From: a virus
Virus record (IMG/VR): IMGVR_UViG_3300050501_000425
Strand: one strand, 5' to 3'
DNA: 53,102 bases
The position numbers and the translations under genes were made by a program. The notes under the pieces are model-generated. The model ran no database searches. It had not been told where the DNA came from and saw only the letters and a program-made list of their open reading frames with translations. Within the stretch, counting starts at the first letter, position 1. The number at the start of each line of letters is the position of its first letter. Of this stretch, positions 40,816-50,661 are shown piece by piece.

Positions 40816-41954
40816 TGCTGCCGGGTGGAACTGACGCACTGTACCGTTCGGTCCTTTCGGCACCGCACCGGCGCTATGTGCGCGTGGAGGTGTGGTCCGG
40901 TGACGGCGTGCCACTGGAGTCCTCGATCCCGGCGCACCTGCGCGGGGATCCCGAGGGTGGCCTGGCGATCCTGAGCGGGTCGGTCATGGCCACCTTGAAT
41001 TCGCGGGTGGCCCGCAACCTGACCGTCTCGGTGCCCGGGGACCTGTATCCCAGTGATGTCACGGACCTGTTGGCGCCCTTCGGCAACGAGATCCGGGCGT
41101 TCATGGGGGTGACGCTGGGGGATGGCTCCGCCCAGTATGTGTGGCAGGTGTTCCGGGGCCGGATCCAGACCGTGGACCTGGACAGCAGGACCGGCGTGTG
41201 CACGGTGACGTGTGCCGACCGGGCCTCGGATGTGGCCGACCACGGTTTCGTCAACCCGGAGAACAGTGATCCGCTCAACAGTGTGAACGCGGAGTGGCAG
41301 CGGCTGATCGTGGATGCACTGCCCAATGCCACCTTCGGCACCTCGGACATGTTCGCCGGGACGGTGGCCCAGCTGACGTGGGAGTTCGACCGCGCCTCGG
41401 CCCTGGATGAGATGACGCGCTCGGTGGGCGCCTTGTGGTACCCGCTGGCCAATGGGGATTTCGTGATCCGCCGGTTGCCGTGGACGGTGGACCAGCCGCT
41501 GGTGTTCAGCTTCACCGATGGCCAGGGCGGCATTGTCAGCTCGTTCATGGCCCGCCGTTCCCGGGAGGGCATCTTCAATGTGGTGACCGTGACCGGCGAG
41601 AGGCTCAACGGGGACACCCCTGTCCACGCCACGGCCTCAGATTCGACTCCCGGTGGCCCAACCAACACCACCGGCCCCTTCGGCGTCAAAAGCCGTCTGG
41701 AGCGGTTGCAGAACCCTTCGACCCAGGGCGGCGCGCAGTCCACGGCGGAGGATCTGCTGCGGGCCTACATAGCCCCGGTGGAGGAATGGACATTGCAGAT
41801 GGTTCCCGATGCCGCCTTGGAGCTGGGGGACGCCGGAACACTGGTGCTCGACGGGCGGGAGGTGGTCCAGGTGGTCACCGCGTTCACGTTGCCGCTGGAT
41901 CTCATGGGTGATATGACTACATCTACCAGGTCAGTAGTGGTGGGAGGAGTCTGA
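40812..41954 (+). CDS. Minor tail protein (tail-associated/hub position, 380 aa)
   Basis: Position and coupling. Confidence 0.6.
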   Translation: MMLPGGTDALYRSVLSAPHRRYVRVEVWSGDGVPLESSIPAHLRGDPEGGLAILSGSVMATLNSRVARNLTVSVPGDLYPSDVTDLLAPFGNEIRAFMGVTLGDGSAQYVWQVFRGRIQTVDLDSRTGVCTVTCADRASDVADHGFVNPENSDPLNSVNAEWQRLIVDALPNATFGTSDMFAGTVAQLTWEFDRASALDEMTRSVGALWYPLANGDFVIRRLPWTVDQPLVFSFTDGQGGIVSSFMARRSREGIFNVVTVTGERLNGDTPVHATASDSTPGGPTNTTGPFGVKSRLERLQNPSTQGGAQSTAEDLLRAYIAPVEEWTLQMVPDAALELGDAGTLVLDGREVVQVVTAFTLPLDLMGDMTTSTRSVVVGGV

Positions 41955-42526
41955 TGCCGAACACGACGATCAACTTCGACCTTCCCTACCCCTCCGGCGT
42001 GGACCGGCCCTGTGACTTCGCCGAACAATGGTGTGAGTTCACGGCGGCCATCGACGGGGTGTTCGATACCTTCCAGGCGGGCATCGACCGCACCATCCCC
42101 GTGATCCCGATGGCCCTGGTGCAGTTGACCGCTCCGGCCTCCGTGTTCAACTTCAACCCGATCCCCTTCGATACTGTCCTGGTGGACACGGCGGCCATGG
42201 TGGACATGGATGTGGACCCGTTCACCATCACCATCAAGCGTCCCGGCCGCTACACCGTGGCCGGGGGAATCCAGAAACCCAGCATCTCCTCGGGCACCGC
42301 GCAGACAAGCATCTTCATCCAGCCGGAAAATGACGCCCAGGCCATAGTCAACGACATCGGCACCGATGGGGTGATCGTCTACTGCCTGGATGCCTACAAG
42401 TCGGTGGAGACGCATGCGGTCGGTGACCAGATCCGGCTTGCCTACAGTGTGGGCACCTCCAACTTCTTCACCATCAGCAGCGCATGGCTCTCGGCCGTGT
42501 GGCATTCGGACACGGAGGTGCCGTAA
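41954..42526 (+). CDS. Minor tail protein (190 aa)
   Basis: N-terminus MPNTTINFDLPYPSG is shared with 43161.. and 43680.. Confidence 0.55.
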   Translation: MPNTTINFDLPYPSGVDRPCDFAEQWCEFTAAIDGVFDTFQAGIDRTIPVIPMALVQLTAPASVFNFNPIPFDTVLVDTAAMVDMDVDPFTITIKRPGRYTVAGGIQKPSISSGTAQTSIFIQPENDAQAIVNDIGTDGVIVYCLDAYKSVETHAVGDQIRLAYSVGTSNFFTISSAWLSAVWHSDTEVP

Positions 42527-43161
42527 TGGCCCTGTCCTGCCCCACCGAGGAGAACTTCGCGGCGGTGGCCAAGCAGCTACACAAGACCGCCGTGGAAGCC
42601 GAGGAGCGCATCTACGAGCTGGAGTACCAGCTGCGTGCCGCCGCCAACCGGCCCACCATCATCCAGGAGAGCGACACCCTGGAGACCGGTCTTTTCAGTG
42701 GCACCGTCCAGCTGATGGGACCCCGCTTCGGGGTGAGCTTTCTGACCACCTTCAACAATACCCTTGTCCCCTCCGATGAGGGAGTCGCCAACAACAGTGC
42801 ACCTTTCCCGATCCTGGGAGAGGGGGCATATGAAGTTGGCTTCACCGCCACGATCGTGGCCTCGGGTGCCGCCGATGTAAATTCCTATCGCATCATCCAG
42901 ATTCAGCAACATACCCCGGATCCTTCAAGCGCCGGAACCATCATCGCTGGCTTCAGGTTGGTGGATGCCATTGCCACCACTGTTTTCGAGTCGGGAAACG
43001 GAATAGATGTGTCCATCGCCGGGCATCTGAGGATAAAGGCAAACGACAGGATATTCGTCACCATCTATCACACGAATACCTCCTCCACACTCAATGTCTC
43101 CATCGGGGCAAGGGTGTGGATCCACAAGGTTTCCGATGCCACACTGACGGCGGTGCTGTGA
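42526..43161 (+). CDS. Minor tail protein (211 aa)
   Basis: TAATG-coupled ATG 42526. N-terminal coiled segment. Confidence 0.55.
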   Translation: MALSCPTEENFAAVAKQLHKTAVEAEERIYELEYQLRAAANRPTIIQESDTLETGLFSGTVQLMGPRFGVSFLTTFNNTLVPSDEGVANNSAPFPILGEGAYEVGFTATIVASGAADVNSYRIIQIQQHTPDPSSAGTIIAGFRLVDAIATTVFESGNGIDVSIAGHLRIKANDRIFVTIYHTNTSSTLNVSIGARVWIHKVSDATLTAVL

Positions 43162-43670
43162 TGCCTGACGCCACACCGATCTACGGCTTCCCCTATCCGT
43201 GCCCCGGGGAGACCATCAGCCCCAGCGCCTTCTCCAGCCTGGCCCTGGCCATCGACGCGAAGTTGCTCGACGTCAACAATGACCTGACGTTCGCCTTGAA
43301 CCGGCCCAACTTCGACAACGACTTCAGCTCGACCCAGGTCATCACGGCGGGCGTGGATACCGTCCTGACCACCACCGACAGCACATACACCATCTCGGTG
43401 GCGGGTGTCTGGGTGTTCTGGATGGCGCTCAGTGTCACCGTGAACCCGGCCACCATCACCTCCCAGCGGTTGCGGGTCAGGCAGAACGGCACCGTGCGCT
43501 TCGGCTACACCCAGGACAACGAGGGCAACAACACCTTGCAGAACTATGCCGTGGGTCCGATCATCGCCGCCGCCGGGGATGTGATCACCGGCCAGTTCCT
43601 CTACACCGGAACGGGAACCATGACCGTCCAGACCCAGATCTCCGGCAAGCTTTTGTGCAGGATCCCTTAA
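43161..43670 (+). CDS. Minor tail protein (169 aa)
   Basis: MPDATPIYGFPYPCPGE...; TGATG-coupled. Confidence 0.55.
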   Translation: MPDATPIYGFPYPCPGETISPSAFSSLALAIDAKLLDVNNDLTFALNRPNFDNDFSSTQVITAGVDTVLTTTDSTYTISVAGVWVFWMALSVTVNPATITSQRLRVRQNGTVRFGYTQDNEGNNTLQNYAVGPIIAAAGDVITGQFLYTGTGTMTVQTQISGKLLCRIP

Positions 43671-43679
43671 GGAGCCATC

Positions 43680-44375
43680 ATGCCCACCGACACCTCGGAC
43701 CAGCAGATCACCGAACCCATCGGGGCGGACTCGGCGGACAACCCTGTCGCCTTCGCGAATGCCTTCTCTGATGTGGAACCCCGCCTGGTCCGCCTGTACA
43801 CCAATGAGGCCGACCGCACGGCGCGGATGCTCACGTTACTGGAGAACAACATCTCAGGCCTGGCCGCCGAAGACCGCCTGGATGCGTGGAACGGGTCGGC
43901 CCACGTGAGCCTGCACCGGCGGTCACTTTTCGCGTCGCCCCGGATGACCGCGATCCAGAACCTGACCTTGAGCAGTACCGCGCTGCAGAGCATCACCTCA
44001 CTGGTGGCCGCGATGCCTACGGCGGGAACCTTCGACTTCCGTGGGGTCATCTACTACAGCTCATCGACCACGGCGGACATCAAGTTCGCCTTCTTGCTCC
44101 CGGCCGGGGCCACAATCCTGTGGAACGGTCCGGGTGTCGTCACCGGTGGCACGGGAACCGGGGACACCACGGCCACCACGGCGGCGGCCAGTGACGCCAC
44201 AATCTCCTACGCGGGCAACGGCGTCGGCACCGTCCTGGCATGTCAGATCGAGGGTACCTATGTGGCTGGCGGCACGGCGGGCAACCTTCAGTTCCGGGCG
44301 GCACAGAACACCTCGGACGCCACCCAATCGGTGATTCACATCCATTCCCACCTGGACATCTGGCGGACATTGTGA
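43680..44375 (+). CDS. Minor tail protein (231 aa)
   Basis: ORF track. N-terminus MPTDTSDQQITEPIG... Confidence 0.55.
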   Translation: MPTDTSDQQITEPIGADSADNPVAFANAFSDVEPRLVRLYTNEADRTARMLTLLENNISGLAAEDRLDAWNGSAHVSLHRRSLFASPRMTAIQNLTLSSTALQSITSLVAAMPTAGTFDFRGVIYYSSSTTADIKFAFLLPAGATILWNGPGVVTGGTGTGDTTATTAAASDATISYAGNGVGTVLACQIEGTYVAGGTAGNLQFRAAQNTSDATQSVIHIHSHLDIWRTL

Positions 44376-44611
44376 ATCTTTCGGGAGAAATCTCCAATGC
44401 CGCCGGGCAGCCGCTGACCGCCAGGGTGGGGATCGTTACCGACACCAGCCCGTTCCTGGTGGATGTGCAGGGCACGGTGCTCGAGCACGTAGGCCTGATC
44501 GGGTCCGCGCCGCCCGTGGGGGCCAACGTGCTCCTGGTGGGGCAGGCGGTGAAAGGCTCCAAGTCCTCGGGTTCGTCATGGGTGTGCCTGGGGGAGATCA
44601 CAGCTACCTGA
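44372..44611 (+). CDS. Hypothetical protein (79 aa, GTG start)
   Basis: GTGA-coupled. Frame of ORF 44240..44611. Confidence 0.45.
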   Translation: MNLSGEISNAAGQPLTARVGIVTDTSPFLVDVQGTVLEHVGLIGSAPPVGANVLLVGQAVKGSKSSGSSWVCLGEITAT

Positions 44612-44650
44612 CGATGTTGACTGTGTTAACCTTCTTGGTAGAGGAGGTGC

Positions 44651-45448
44651 ATGGTGCCGTCATACGCGGATCTCGAGCAAGAGGACGCCTGGATCGATGA
44701 GTATGAGCCACAAGGACTTCGCAACCTCGCCGACGCCCTGAGGTCATCCGTGCCCGGTGCCCAGGTGTGGATCAGCGGGGACAACGAGCACCTGCGCGGA
44801 TACCACCGGTCCCGGCGATGGATCAAAGAGTCGATCTACTGCACGAATCGCAGTTATTCAGTCACCCGCACCGCCGGGGACGTCTCGGGTGGAGACTCCA
44901 ATTGGGTGTCGGCCATGGACATTTCGGTGGACCAGAACACTCTGCATGCCATGTGCCGCCGCCTGGATGAGGCATGCCGGGCCGGACGGCTGGAAAAAAT
45001 CACCGAATGGTACGGCAACCTCGGCGGGGACTCGACGGTGGACGGCTGGGACAACATCAGCAACGTCCCACGCTCCGCCGACTCCTCACACCTGACCCAT
45101 CTGCATCTGAGCTTCGATCGCGGCCGGGCCAATGACGATCATTCGGACCTGCTGGCCGTTCTGACGGGAGACGACATGGACGCATACCACGAGAACGCGA
45201 TCTTGTACACCGACAACCGCGTGGCCGCCCTGGTCCTGGGGATGGACCAAGTGACCGGGACTTCGGAGGCCCAACAGGGCGCAGGCGACCAGGTGTGGCC
45301 GGTCCAGGCGCTCAAGGAACTCTTGGCGCGCCCGCCGGTGGCCTCGGCGCCGGTGGACATCGGCGCCCTGGTGGACGCCCTGACCCCGGTGATCAGGAAA
45401 ATCGTGCGCGAGGAACTGGATGATACGAAGCTGGGCGGCATCGCATGA
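44651..45448 (+). CDS. Putative endolysin (Zn-peptidase-like)
   Basis: HLRGYH...AMDIS...SHLTHLHLSF resembles an H-x(n)-D ... H-x-H metallopeptidase arrangement. RBS is GAGGAGG. A holin-like gene follows. Confidence 0.5.
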   Translation: MVPSYADLEQEDAWIDEYEPQGLRNLADALRSSVPGAQVWISGDNEHLRGYHRSRRWIKESIYCTNRSYSVTRTAGDVSGGDSNWVSAMDISVDQNTLHAMCRRLDEACRAGRLEKITEWYGNLGGDSTVDGWDNISNVPRSADSSHLTHLHLSFDRGRANDDHSDLLAVLTGDDMDAYHENAILYTDNRVAALVLGMDQVTGTSEAQQGAGDQVWPVQALKELLARPPVASAPVDIGALVDALTPVIRKIVREELDDTKLGGIA

Positions 45449-45819
45449 AAGACCTCAAATGGCCTGCCGTAGCGGTCATCGTGGCCCTGCTGATGGTCCT
45501 GGGATGGCTGTCCTACAACGGCAAGGACGCGGCGACCGTCCTGGCGGGCGTGATCGCGGTGCTTTCCGCGCTGGGGTTCGGGTACCAGTTCTCCAAGACC
45601 TCCGACATCCAGCAGTCCACCGCCCGGATCGAGGAGAACACCAACGGGCGCATCGGCCAGCTGACCCGCGAGCTAGAGGCACAGCGCCTGCAGCTGGCGC
45701 AGGTCAATGAGGCACACCGCCGGGACATGAGCCAGATGGCCGACCGGCTGGCGACAATGGTCCCGGCCGATGGTGCCACCTACACCATTCGAGGAGCTGG
45801 CGATACTTCAAACCTATAG
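45445..45819 (+). CDS. Holin-like 2-TM protein with a coiled-coil tail
   Basis: WPAVAVIVALLMVLGWL and VLAGVIAVLSALGFGY. ATGA-coupled to the lysin. Confidence 0.5.
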   Translation: MKDLKWPAVAVIVALLMVLGWLSYNGKDAATVLAGVIAVLSALGFGYQFSKTSDIQQSTARIEENTNGRIGQLTRELEAQRLQLAQVNEAHRRDMSQMADRLATMVPADGATYTIRGAGDTSNL

Positions 45820-46243
45820 CTGGCACATCGACCTGGGCGACAAGGTGCCCGATGAGGTTATGGACAAGATGCGCGAGCTTGCCGCCAGGCTTGTACGGGT
45901 CCGCCCTGTGTTGCGCGGGCTCAGGCTGTCCATGCTCGAATCCGGCCGGATGCACATGAGCATCAGGGTGGCCGGGCACACCCGGTGGGAGATCCAGCGG
46001 GATGCCCGCAAGCTGGTGGTGTTGTTCATGCGCAAGGTGTTCCTCACCCCGGCGGCCATGTCCTTGGAGCTGGTGACCACCGAGCGCACCGGCCGAGACC
46101 TGTACCTCGGGGAAGGCCGCACGCCTATGCAAAGGCGCCCCAGAGCGGCCCGTAAAGCCGATGGGACGCCTTGGGATGACTACGAGTGGTGGGGTGACCC
46201 CCTGCCTGCCCCGGAAGCTCCTGAGGAGTCTGAGGACGCCTGA
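45770..46243 (+). CDS. Hypothetical protein (up to 157 aa, start uncertain)
   Basis: ORF track. Overlaps the upstream gene by 50 nt, so an internal start such as ATG 45860 is possible. Confidence 0.5.
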   Translation: MVPPTPFEELAILQTYSWHIDLGDKVPDEVMDKMRELAARLVRVRPVLRGLRLSMLESGRMHMSIRVAGHTRWEIQRDARKLVVLFMRKVFLTPAAMSLELVTTERTGRDLYLGEGRTPMQRRPRAARKADGTPWDDYEWWGDPLPAPEAPEESEDA

Positions 46244-46244
46244 G

Positions 46245-46472
46245 CTAGTCCGCCGACGCGGGAAGCCAGTCCTCGAAACCCGGCGGCGCCTGTCGGATGA
46301 CCGAGATCACCTCGACCGGGCTGCCCGGCTTGGCATCGGTCACCAGGATCACCTCGATCCCGTGCTGTGCGTATTCCGCGCGCAAGGCTTCGGCGCGCTC
46401 CTCGTCCTTGCCCAGGACGCTGGCGGGTATGGACAGGTGGATCTTGTCTCCGGCCTGGATATATGCGGTCAT
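46245..46472 (-). CDS. Hypothetical protein (75 aa)
   Basis: ORF track. ATGA-coupled. Confidence 0.6.
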   Translation of the reverse strand: MTAYIQAGDKIHLSIPASVLGKDEERAEALRAEYAQHGIEVILVTDAKPGSPVEVISVIRQAPPGFEDWLPASAD

Positions 46473-46663
46473 TTCTTTATCCCTAGAATCTCGACATAGT
46501 CATTGAGTGGATCCCCAGTGCCTCCCGGAACCGGGGGGAGCTTGCCCATCCCGTGCAGGCGCTTCAGGGTGGCATAGGCCTTGCGGTGAGTCTCGGGGGT
46601 GGCGAAAGGCCGGTCGATGTGGGCCTGCAGCTTGTCACTTCCCTCCATCGACGCCATCGGCAA
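46469..46663 (-). CDS. Hypothetical protein (64 aa)
   Basis: ORF track. Confidence 0.55.
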   Translation of the reverse strand: MPMASMEGSDKLQAHIDRPFATPETHRKAYATLKRLHGMGKLPPVPGGTGDPLNDYVEILGIKK

Positions 46664-46868
46664 CCCCCTTGTCCGGGCGGTAGGGCTTGGGTGTGTACTT
46701 GCGTTTGATCAGGTCCAGCAGGTCCTGCTTGTCAATCAGGTATGGGCCGCGCAGTCCCGCGAACTTCTTGGCCGCAAGCTCGCCTTTGCGGATCCAGGCC
46801 ACGATGGTCCGCTGATGCTTCCCGGCGATCTCGGCGGCCTGGCGGGTGCTCAGGGGCGTTTCTGACAT
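46635..46868 (-). CDS. HTH DNA-binding protein (excisionase/MerR-like)
   Basis: LSTRQAAEIAGKHQRTIVAWIRKGELAAKKF. Confidence 0.6.
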   Translation of the reverse strand: MSETPLSTRQAAEIAGKHQRTIVAWIRKGELAAKKFAGLRGPYLIDKQDLLDLIKRKYTPKPYRPDKGVADGVDGGK

Positions 46869-46909
46869 ATGTCACCGTCTCTTTCTCGTGTCATCCTCTC
46901 TTACGAAGT

Positions 46910-47380
46910 CTAAAGCAGCTTGCCGCCGGGGGGAACCTCGGTGATCGTGATCCAGGCGCCCGGGGACCGCTCGACCGAGTCATCGGCATATTGCTTGGTG
47001 GCGCGGATGGCCACGATCTGTGCGTCATCCTTGTAGACACCGGCTTGGCGCAGGGCATCCCCGATGCCGCGCAACAGCTTGTCCAGATCGGGCATGACGG
47101 TGGGATAGGGGCGTCTCTTGACCGGGATGCTGGCCGGGCGTGGCATGAACAGGTCGGCCGTCAGAACGATCGGACCAGTGAGTGTGTCCGATCCAGCGCG
47201 GGCGATCTCGGCGGCGGCCTTCACATCCTGGCGCCAAGGTGTCAGGGTTTTGGAACTCTGCTCCCGGACGAACATCTTGCCCGTCCTGGAAGACACCCCA
47301 GGAATCTTGGACCCCTGGGGTGCCGGTATGCCGTAGACACGGAAGCCAAATGATGTCATGCCACAGTATGGCATGGACAA
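46910..47380 (-). CDS. rusA: RusA-like Holliday junction resolvase
   Basis: YGIPAPQGSK...PDLDKLLRGIGDAL...VYKDDAQIV. Confidence 0.75.
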   Translation of the reverse strand: MSMPYCGMTSFGFRVYGIPAPQGSKIPGVSSRTGKMFVREQSSKTLTPWRQDVKAAAEIARAGSDTLTGPIVLTADLFMPRPASIPVKRRPYPTVMPDLDKLLRGIGDALRQAGVYKDDAQIVAIRATKQYADDSVERSPGAWITITEVPPGGKLL

Positions 47381-47382
47381 TC

Positions 47383-48327
47383 TCAGCTGATGCTGAATCG
47401 AGGGAAGGCTTCGGCCGCCGCCCCGGTGGACGACTTGCGGGTCTTGAACGACAGGTTTAGGATCTTGTATCCCTTGGTGTTGGCGTTGACCGCCTTGATG
47501 AACAGGGCCAGTTGCTCCTCGCTGCCCAGCTTGCGGTGTACGTCGCGCGCCTTGCGCAGCATCTCCCGCAAGGTGAAGATCGGGTTGCCCTTGGTCCAGT
47601 CGTCCCCGGCGCCCGCGCGCAGATCATCCATGAAGTTCTGCAGCTCCTGCTTGTCCACGCCAGCCTTGGTGGCCAGGAAGTACCCGGCGCAGGCAGCCGT
47701 TGGGGTCATCACCCGGTGCAGCCGGGCTCCCTCGGGCAGTGCCTCCCGCAGGGTCGGGTTCTCCTCCAGGTAGCGCTTGCGCACGGTGGGGCTCAGCTTG
47801 CCCTTGTACCAGTGGTCGCGCAGGTAGGGGACACCGACGCCGCCGTGCTCGTACCGGTAGCACAGGTTGATCACTGATCCCAGCAGGGATGTGTTGATCT
47901 CTCCGTTCATGCTCAGGAAGTCGCCCGGCAGGCGCCCCTTGCCAAGATCCATGACCAGCCATGCATCCTCGTCCAGGCCTTCGGTGACCATCACGTCCAT
48001 GGCGCAGTCGGGATTGGGGGGCTTGGTCTCATCGCCCATGGTGGCGCCCACGGTGCACGCCTGGATGAGGGCGCGTATGCGCTGGCCGCCGTCCACGAGT
48101 TGTGCACTGCCGTCGTTGATGCGGCCGATGAAGGCGAATCCCTGGTGCGAGAAGCCCCAGTTGCCGGAAAGCAACTCCCACGCGTACTCGTTGACTATCC
48201 TGTCGCTGTGCTTGCGGTTGGTGCCCTCGACGCCGCGCTGCGGGGTCTTCTCGAACGCCTGGAATCTTTGGGCCGTAGCCAGATCGACATGCCAGATCCT
48301 GGTGATCACCGTCGATGGTGCTGTCAT
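47383..48327 (-). CDS. ParB/Srx-superfamily (DGxQR-type) nuclease-like domain protein
   Basis: ...SAQLVDGGQRIRALIQA... in the N-terminal domain. 314 aa. Confidence 0.55.
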   Translation of the reverse strand: MTAPSTVITRIWHVDLATAQRFQAFEKTPQRGVEGTNRKHSDRIVNEYAWELLSGNWGFSHQGFAFIGRINDGSAQLVDGGQRIRALIQACTVGATMGDETKPPNPDCAMDVMVTEGLDEDAWLVMDLGKGRLPGDFLSMNGEINTSLLGSVINLCYRYEHGGVGVPYLRDHWYKGKLSPTVRKRYLEENPTLREALPEGARLHRVMTPTAACAGYFLATKAGVDKQELQNFMDDLRAGAGDDWTKGNPIFTLREMLRKARDVHRKLGSEEQLALFIKAVNANTKGYKILNLSFKTRKSSTGAAAEAFPRFSIS

Positions 48328-48351
48328 ATCCCTCTCTCCTTTCGATCTTGT

Positions 48352-48678
48352 TCAGTCGGGTGTCTCATCGGCCAGCACCAGGCGCAGCGCCTGATACTGC
48401 TTGTACATCTCGGGGTATTGCTGCTTGAACAGCGCCTCATCGAAGCGCTCGACGGTCATCTCCCGCGTGCACTCGGCGACGATGTCCGGTTGCTCCTTGG
48501 CCAGCAGGGTCCTGTTGAGCTGCCCGGCCACGATCGTGGCTGCCTTGCGGCCACCCAGACGCAGCTCTTTGGCTCCTCCGGCAAGCGCCTTGATGGCGTC
48601 ACCGAACTGATCGACCCACTGCTTGATGAACTTCTGCTCCTTCTTCTTATCGACAAACTGCTTCCACAGGTCCGGCAT
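48352..48678 (-). CDS. Hypothetical protein (108 aa)
   Basis: ATG 48678 lies 1 nt after the upstream TGA. Frame of ORF 48352..48873. Confidence 0.55.
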   Translation of the reverse strand: MPDLWKQFVDKKKEQKFIKQWVDQFGDAIKALAGGAKELRLGGRKAATIVAGQLNRTLLAKEQPDIVAECTREMTVERFDEALFKQQYPEMYKQYQALRLVLADETPD

Positions 48679-48679
48679 C

Positions 48680-48967
48680 TCATCGAGATTGAAAACCTTG
48701 TTTTCCGACAACGGCTCTTCCCTCCTCCCAGTCCAGCGGAAGTGCGTCTTGTTCCACATCCGCCTTGGTGCGTGTACGCCTGCGTTCATCCCTGGTGCAT
48801 CCAGGGCACAGGATGGTCTCGAAGTCCTGGCCACCCAGGGTTTTGCCTTCCATGTGCCGCCAGCCACCGGCACGCATCATCTGGATCGCCTTGGCCCGCT
48901 CGGACACACAGATGCGTACTGTGGCACAGGTGTCACAGGCGGCGTCACCGCTAGGCAGCCAGCCCAT
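48680..48967 (-). CDS. Zinc-ribbon protein (95 aa)
   Basis: CDTCATV...CPGCTRDE. Confidence 0.55.
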   Translation of the reverse strand: MGWLPSGDAACDTCATVRICVSERAKAIQMMRAGGWRHMEGKTLGGQDFETILCPGCTRDERRRTRTKADVEQDALPLDWEEGRAVVGKQGFQSR

Positions 48968-48968
48968 G

Positions 48969-49295
48969 CTAATGCGCCGGTTGGTGCGCCCGGACCTGGC
49001 GGTACTCGCGCAGGTGGTGACACACGGAGGCCAGCAGCTTGGGGCTGTCCTTGAACCACAGGTCGGCCAACAGGTACAGCATGGTCGCCGCCATCAACGC
49101 CAGCATGGCACCCAGGCCGACGAGGTAGCCGACGATCGTGTAGACGATCTGCAACGGGATCCCGACCAGAAGCCAGGACTGGCTGCGCAGGGCGGCACCG
49201 AAGCCTTTGGCGCCATCCCACACCAGCAGGAACGCCAGGATGGCGGCAAGCGCCACGGCGGCTGCCGCGTACTTGAGGACGTTGAACTCGGTCAT
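48969..49295 (-). CDS. Multi-TM membrane protein (108 aa)
   Basis: Three hydrophobic helices. ORF track. Confidence 0.65.
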   Translation of the reverse strand: MTEFNVLKYAAAAVALAAILAFLLVWDGAKGFGAALRSQSWLLVGIPLQIVYTIVGYLVGLGAMLALMAATMLYLLADLWFKDSPKLLASVCHHLREYRQVRAHQPAH

Positions 49296-49439
49296 ACACC
49301 CAAGATAGCGCTTATGACATCATGTAGCAAGCGATGACATCAGTTCCTTGCTAAGACGTCTGTGACGTGCGACGATGGAAGTAGCTCCCGGCGGTAGTGG
49401 TCAGAGGGACGGTGCCGGACCAGGCGAGCACGGCAAAGC

Positions 49440-49476
49440 GAAGCCCCGAACCTGACGCGAACAGGTTCGGGGCTTC
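49440..49476 (-). terminator. Strong stem-loop terminator
   Basis: GAAGCCCCGAACCTG-(7 nt)-CAGGTTCGGGGCTTC, a 15-bp perfect stem 10 nt downstream of the stop of 49487..50017. Confidence 0.7.
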
Positions 49477-49486
49477 AACCGTCCCA

Positions 49487-50017
49487 CTACTCCTCCAGGC
49501 CCAGCTCTATGCGGCCTCCGAGCGCTCTGGCATGGTGCAACAGCTTGGGCAGCATGATCTCCTCCGCCGTGGCTTCCCAGTTCCAGATGGCCTTGCGGGT
49601 GATTCCCAGCCGCTGCCCGAGCTTGCTCGAACCCATCCCCGATTGCTTGCGGGCCACCGTCAGGGCCGAGGTCAGATAGATCCTCTGCCACATCGCCCAG
49701 GCGCCGGGTTGCCTCGAGAGGGCGAACGCAGGGGCGACCTCGGGATGTTCGTGCACAGCCTTGTCCAGGCGCCGCTTGAACACCACCTTGGCCTGCAGTC
49801 GCAATCCGAACGGCACCGGCCATGCCTGAAGCCGGGACAGGCGCCACTGCCATGTCATGTTGGTCTCCAGGTCATAGACCATGCCGTCGGTCCCGTTGAT
49901 CATCTGGGACAGCTGTGGCTGGGTCCACCCGTTGGTGCGCCGGAACCCGATCAGATACCGGCGGATGCGCAGCAGCTGTTGCACGTCATCGGGATGCACC
50001 GGAAACTGGGTGCTCAT
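49487..50017 (-). CDS. XRE-family regulator with two HTH modules (repressor-like)
   Basis: ATG 50017 follows GGGAGGA. Contains NGWTQPQLSQMINGT and SGMGSSKLGQRLGITRKAIWNWE. Confidence 0.65.
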   Translation of the reverse strand: MSTQFPVHPDDVQQLLRIRRYLIGFRRTNGWTQPQLSQMINGTDGMVYDLETNMTWQWRLSRLQAWPVPFGLRLQAKVVFKRRLDKAVHEHPEVAPAFALSRQPGAWAMWQRIYLTSALTVARKQSGMGSSKLGQRLGITRKAIWNWEATAEEIMLPKLLHHARALGGRIELGLEE

Positions 50018-50353
50018 CGGTCCTCCCGGTCCTGACGCTCCTGCCGCAACCCCATGAAGCCCATCACGCTGGCAATGAGCAGACCGACCCATCTCCCGCC
50101 GTCGGTGGACATGCTGGCGGACATGATCGCCACAATGATCCCGTAGCCGGTCCAGGCGTTCAATGTCCCCCTGCTCCCATCCCCATGTCAGTTCCTCTCT
50201 TCTCGTCGTTGACGCAGCATTTCCCTTACGGCCCACCATGTTCTGGCGGATCCTTTCAGGATGCGCATGCGGTGCAATGCTTGTGCGTGGGCGACCGTGG
50301 CGTCATGGCGCACCTGGCGCTCGAACTCCACGGCCGCCGGATCACGTTTGGTC

Positions 50354-50464
50354 TCAGTCACTGCCGCCCCGGGAGGGGATGATCAGTGACGCCAGGATGA
50401 TCAGTACCGTCAGGCCACACCCGATCCGGGCGACCCAGATCAGGATCTCCTCGGCGCTGGTCAT
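50354..50464 (-). CDS. Micro membrane ORF (36 aa)
   Basis: MTSAEEILIWVARIGCGLTVLIILASLIIPSRGGSD. ATGA-coupled. Confidence 0.45.
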   Translation of the reverse strand: MTSAEEILIWVARIGCGLTVLIILASLIIPSRGGSD

Positions 50465-50661
50465 GACTTCTCCTCGAAGATCGCGTTCATGTGATTCACG
50501 CAGGTGTAGCTGATTTCCGTTGTTCCATGACGGCGGAAGGTGATATGACATGTGGCCGGTTGGTCACATTGCGAGCATCGCAGGTCAGCATGGACTGGCC
50601 GCACGCTGGGCACGTCGGCCAAAGTCAACCAGCGCCACATCTTCGCCAGGACGCGGGTCAT
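50461..50661 (-). CDS. Cys-rich protein (66 aa)
   Basis: CSQCDQPATCH...YTCVNH. Confidence 0.6.
   Translation of the reverse strand: MTRVLAKMWRWLTLADVPSVRPVHADLRCSQCDQPATCHITFRRHGTTEISYTCVNHMNAIFEEKS

Noticed and set aside
79-41627. Long antisense or alternative-frame shadow ORFs, such as 79..666-, 5716..6645+, 10819..11730+, 15989..16918+, 20283..21200-, 27274..28509-, 31985..32818-, 33236..34186-, 36934..37998-, 39721..40506- and 40611..41627-.
   Set aside because: Each lies opposite or out of frame to a gene with recognisable motifs or proper operon coupling. Compositions rich in Gly, Arg, Pro and His are typical of non-coding frames in high-GC DNA.
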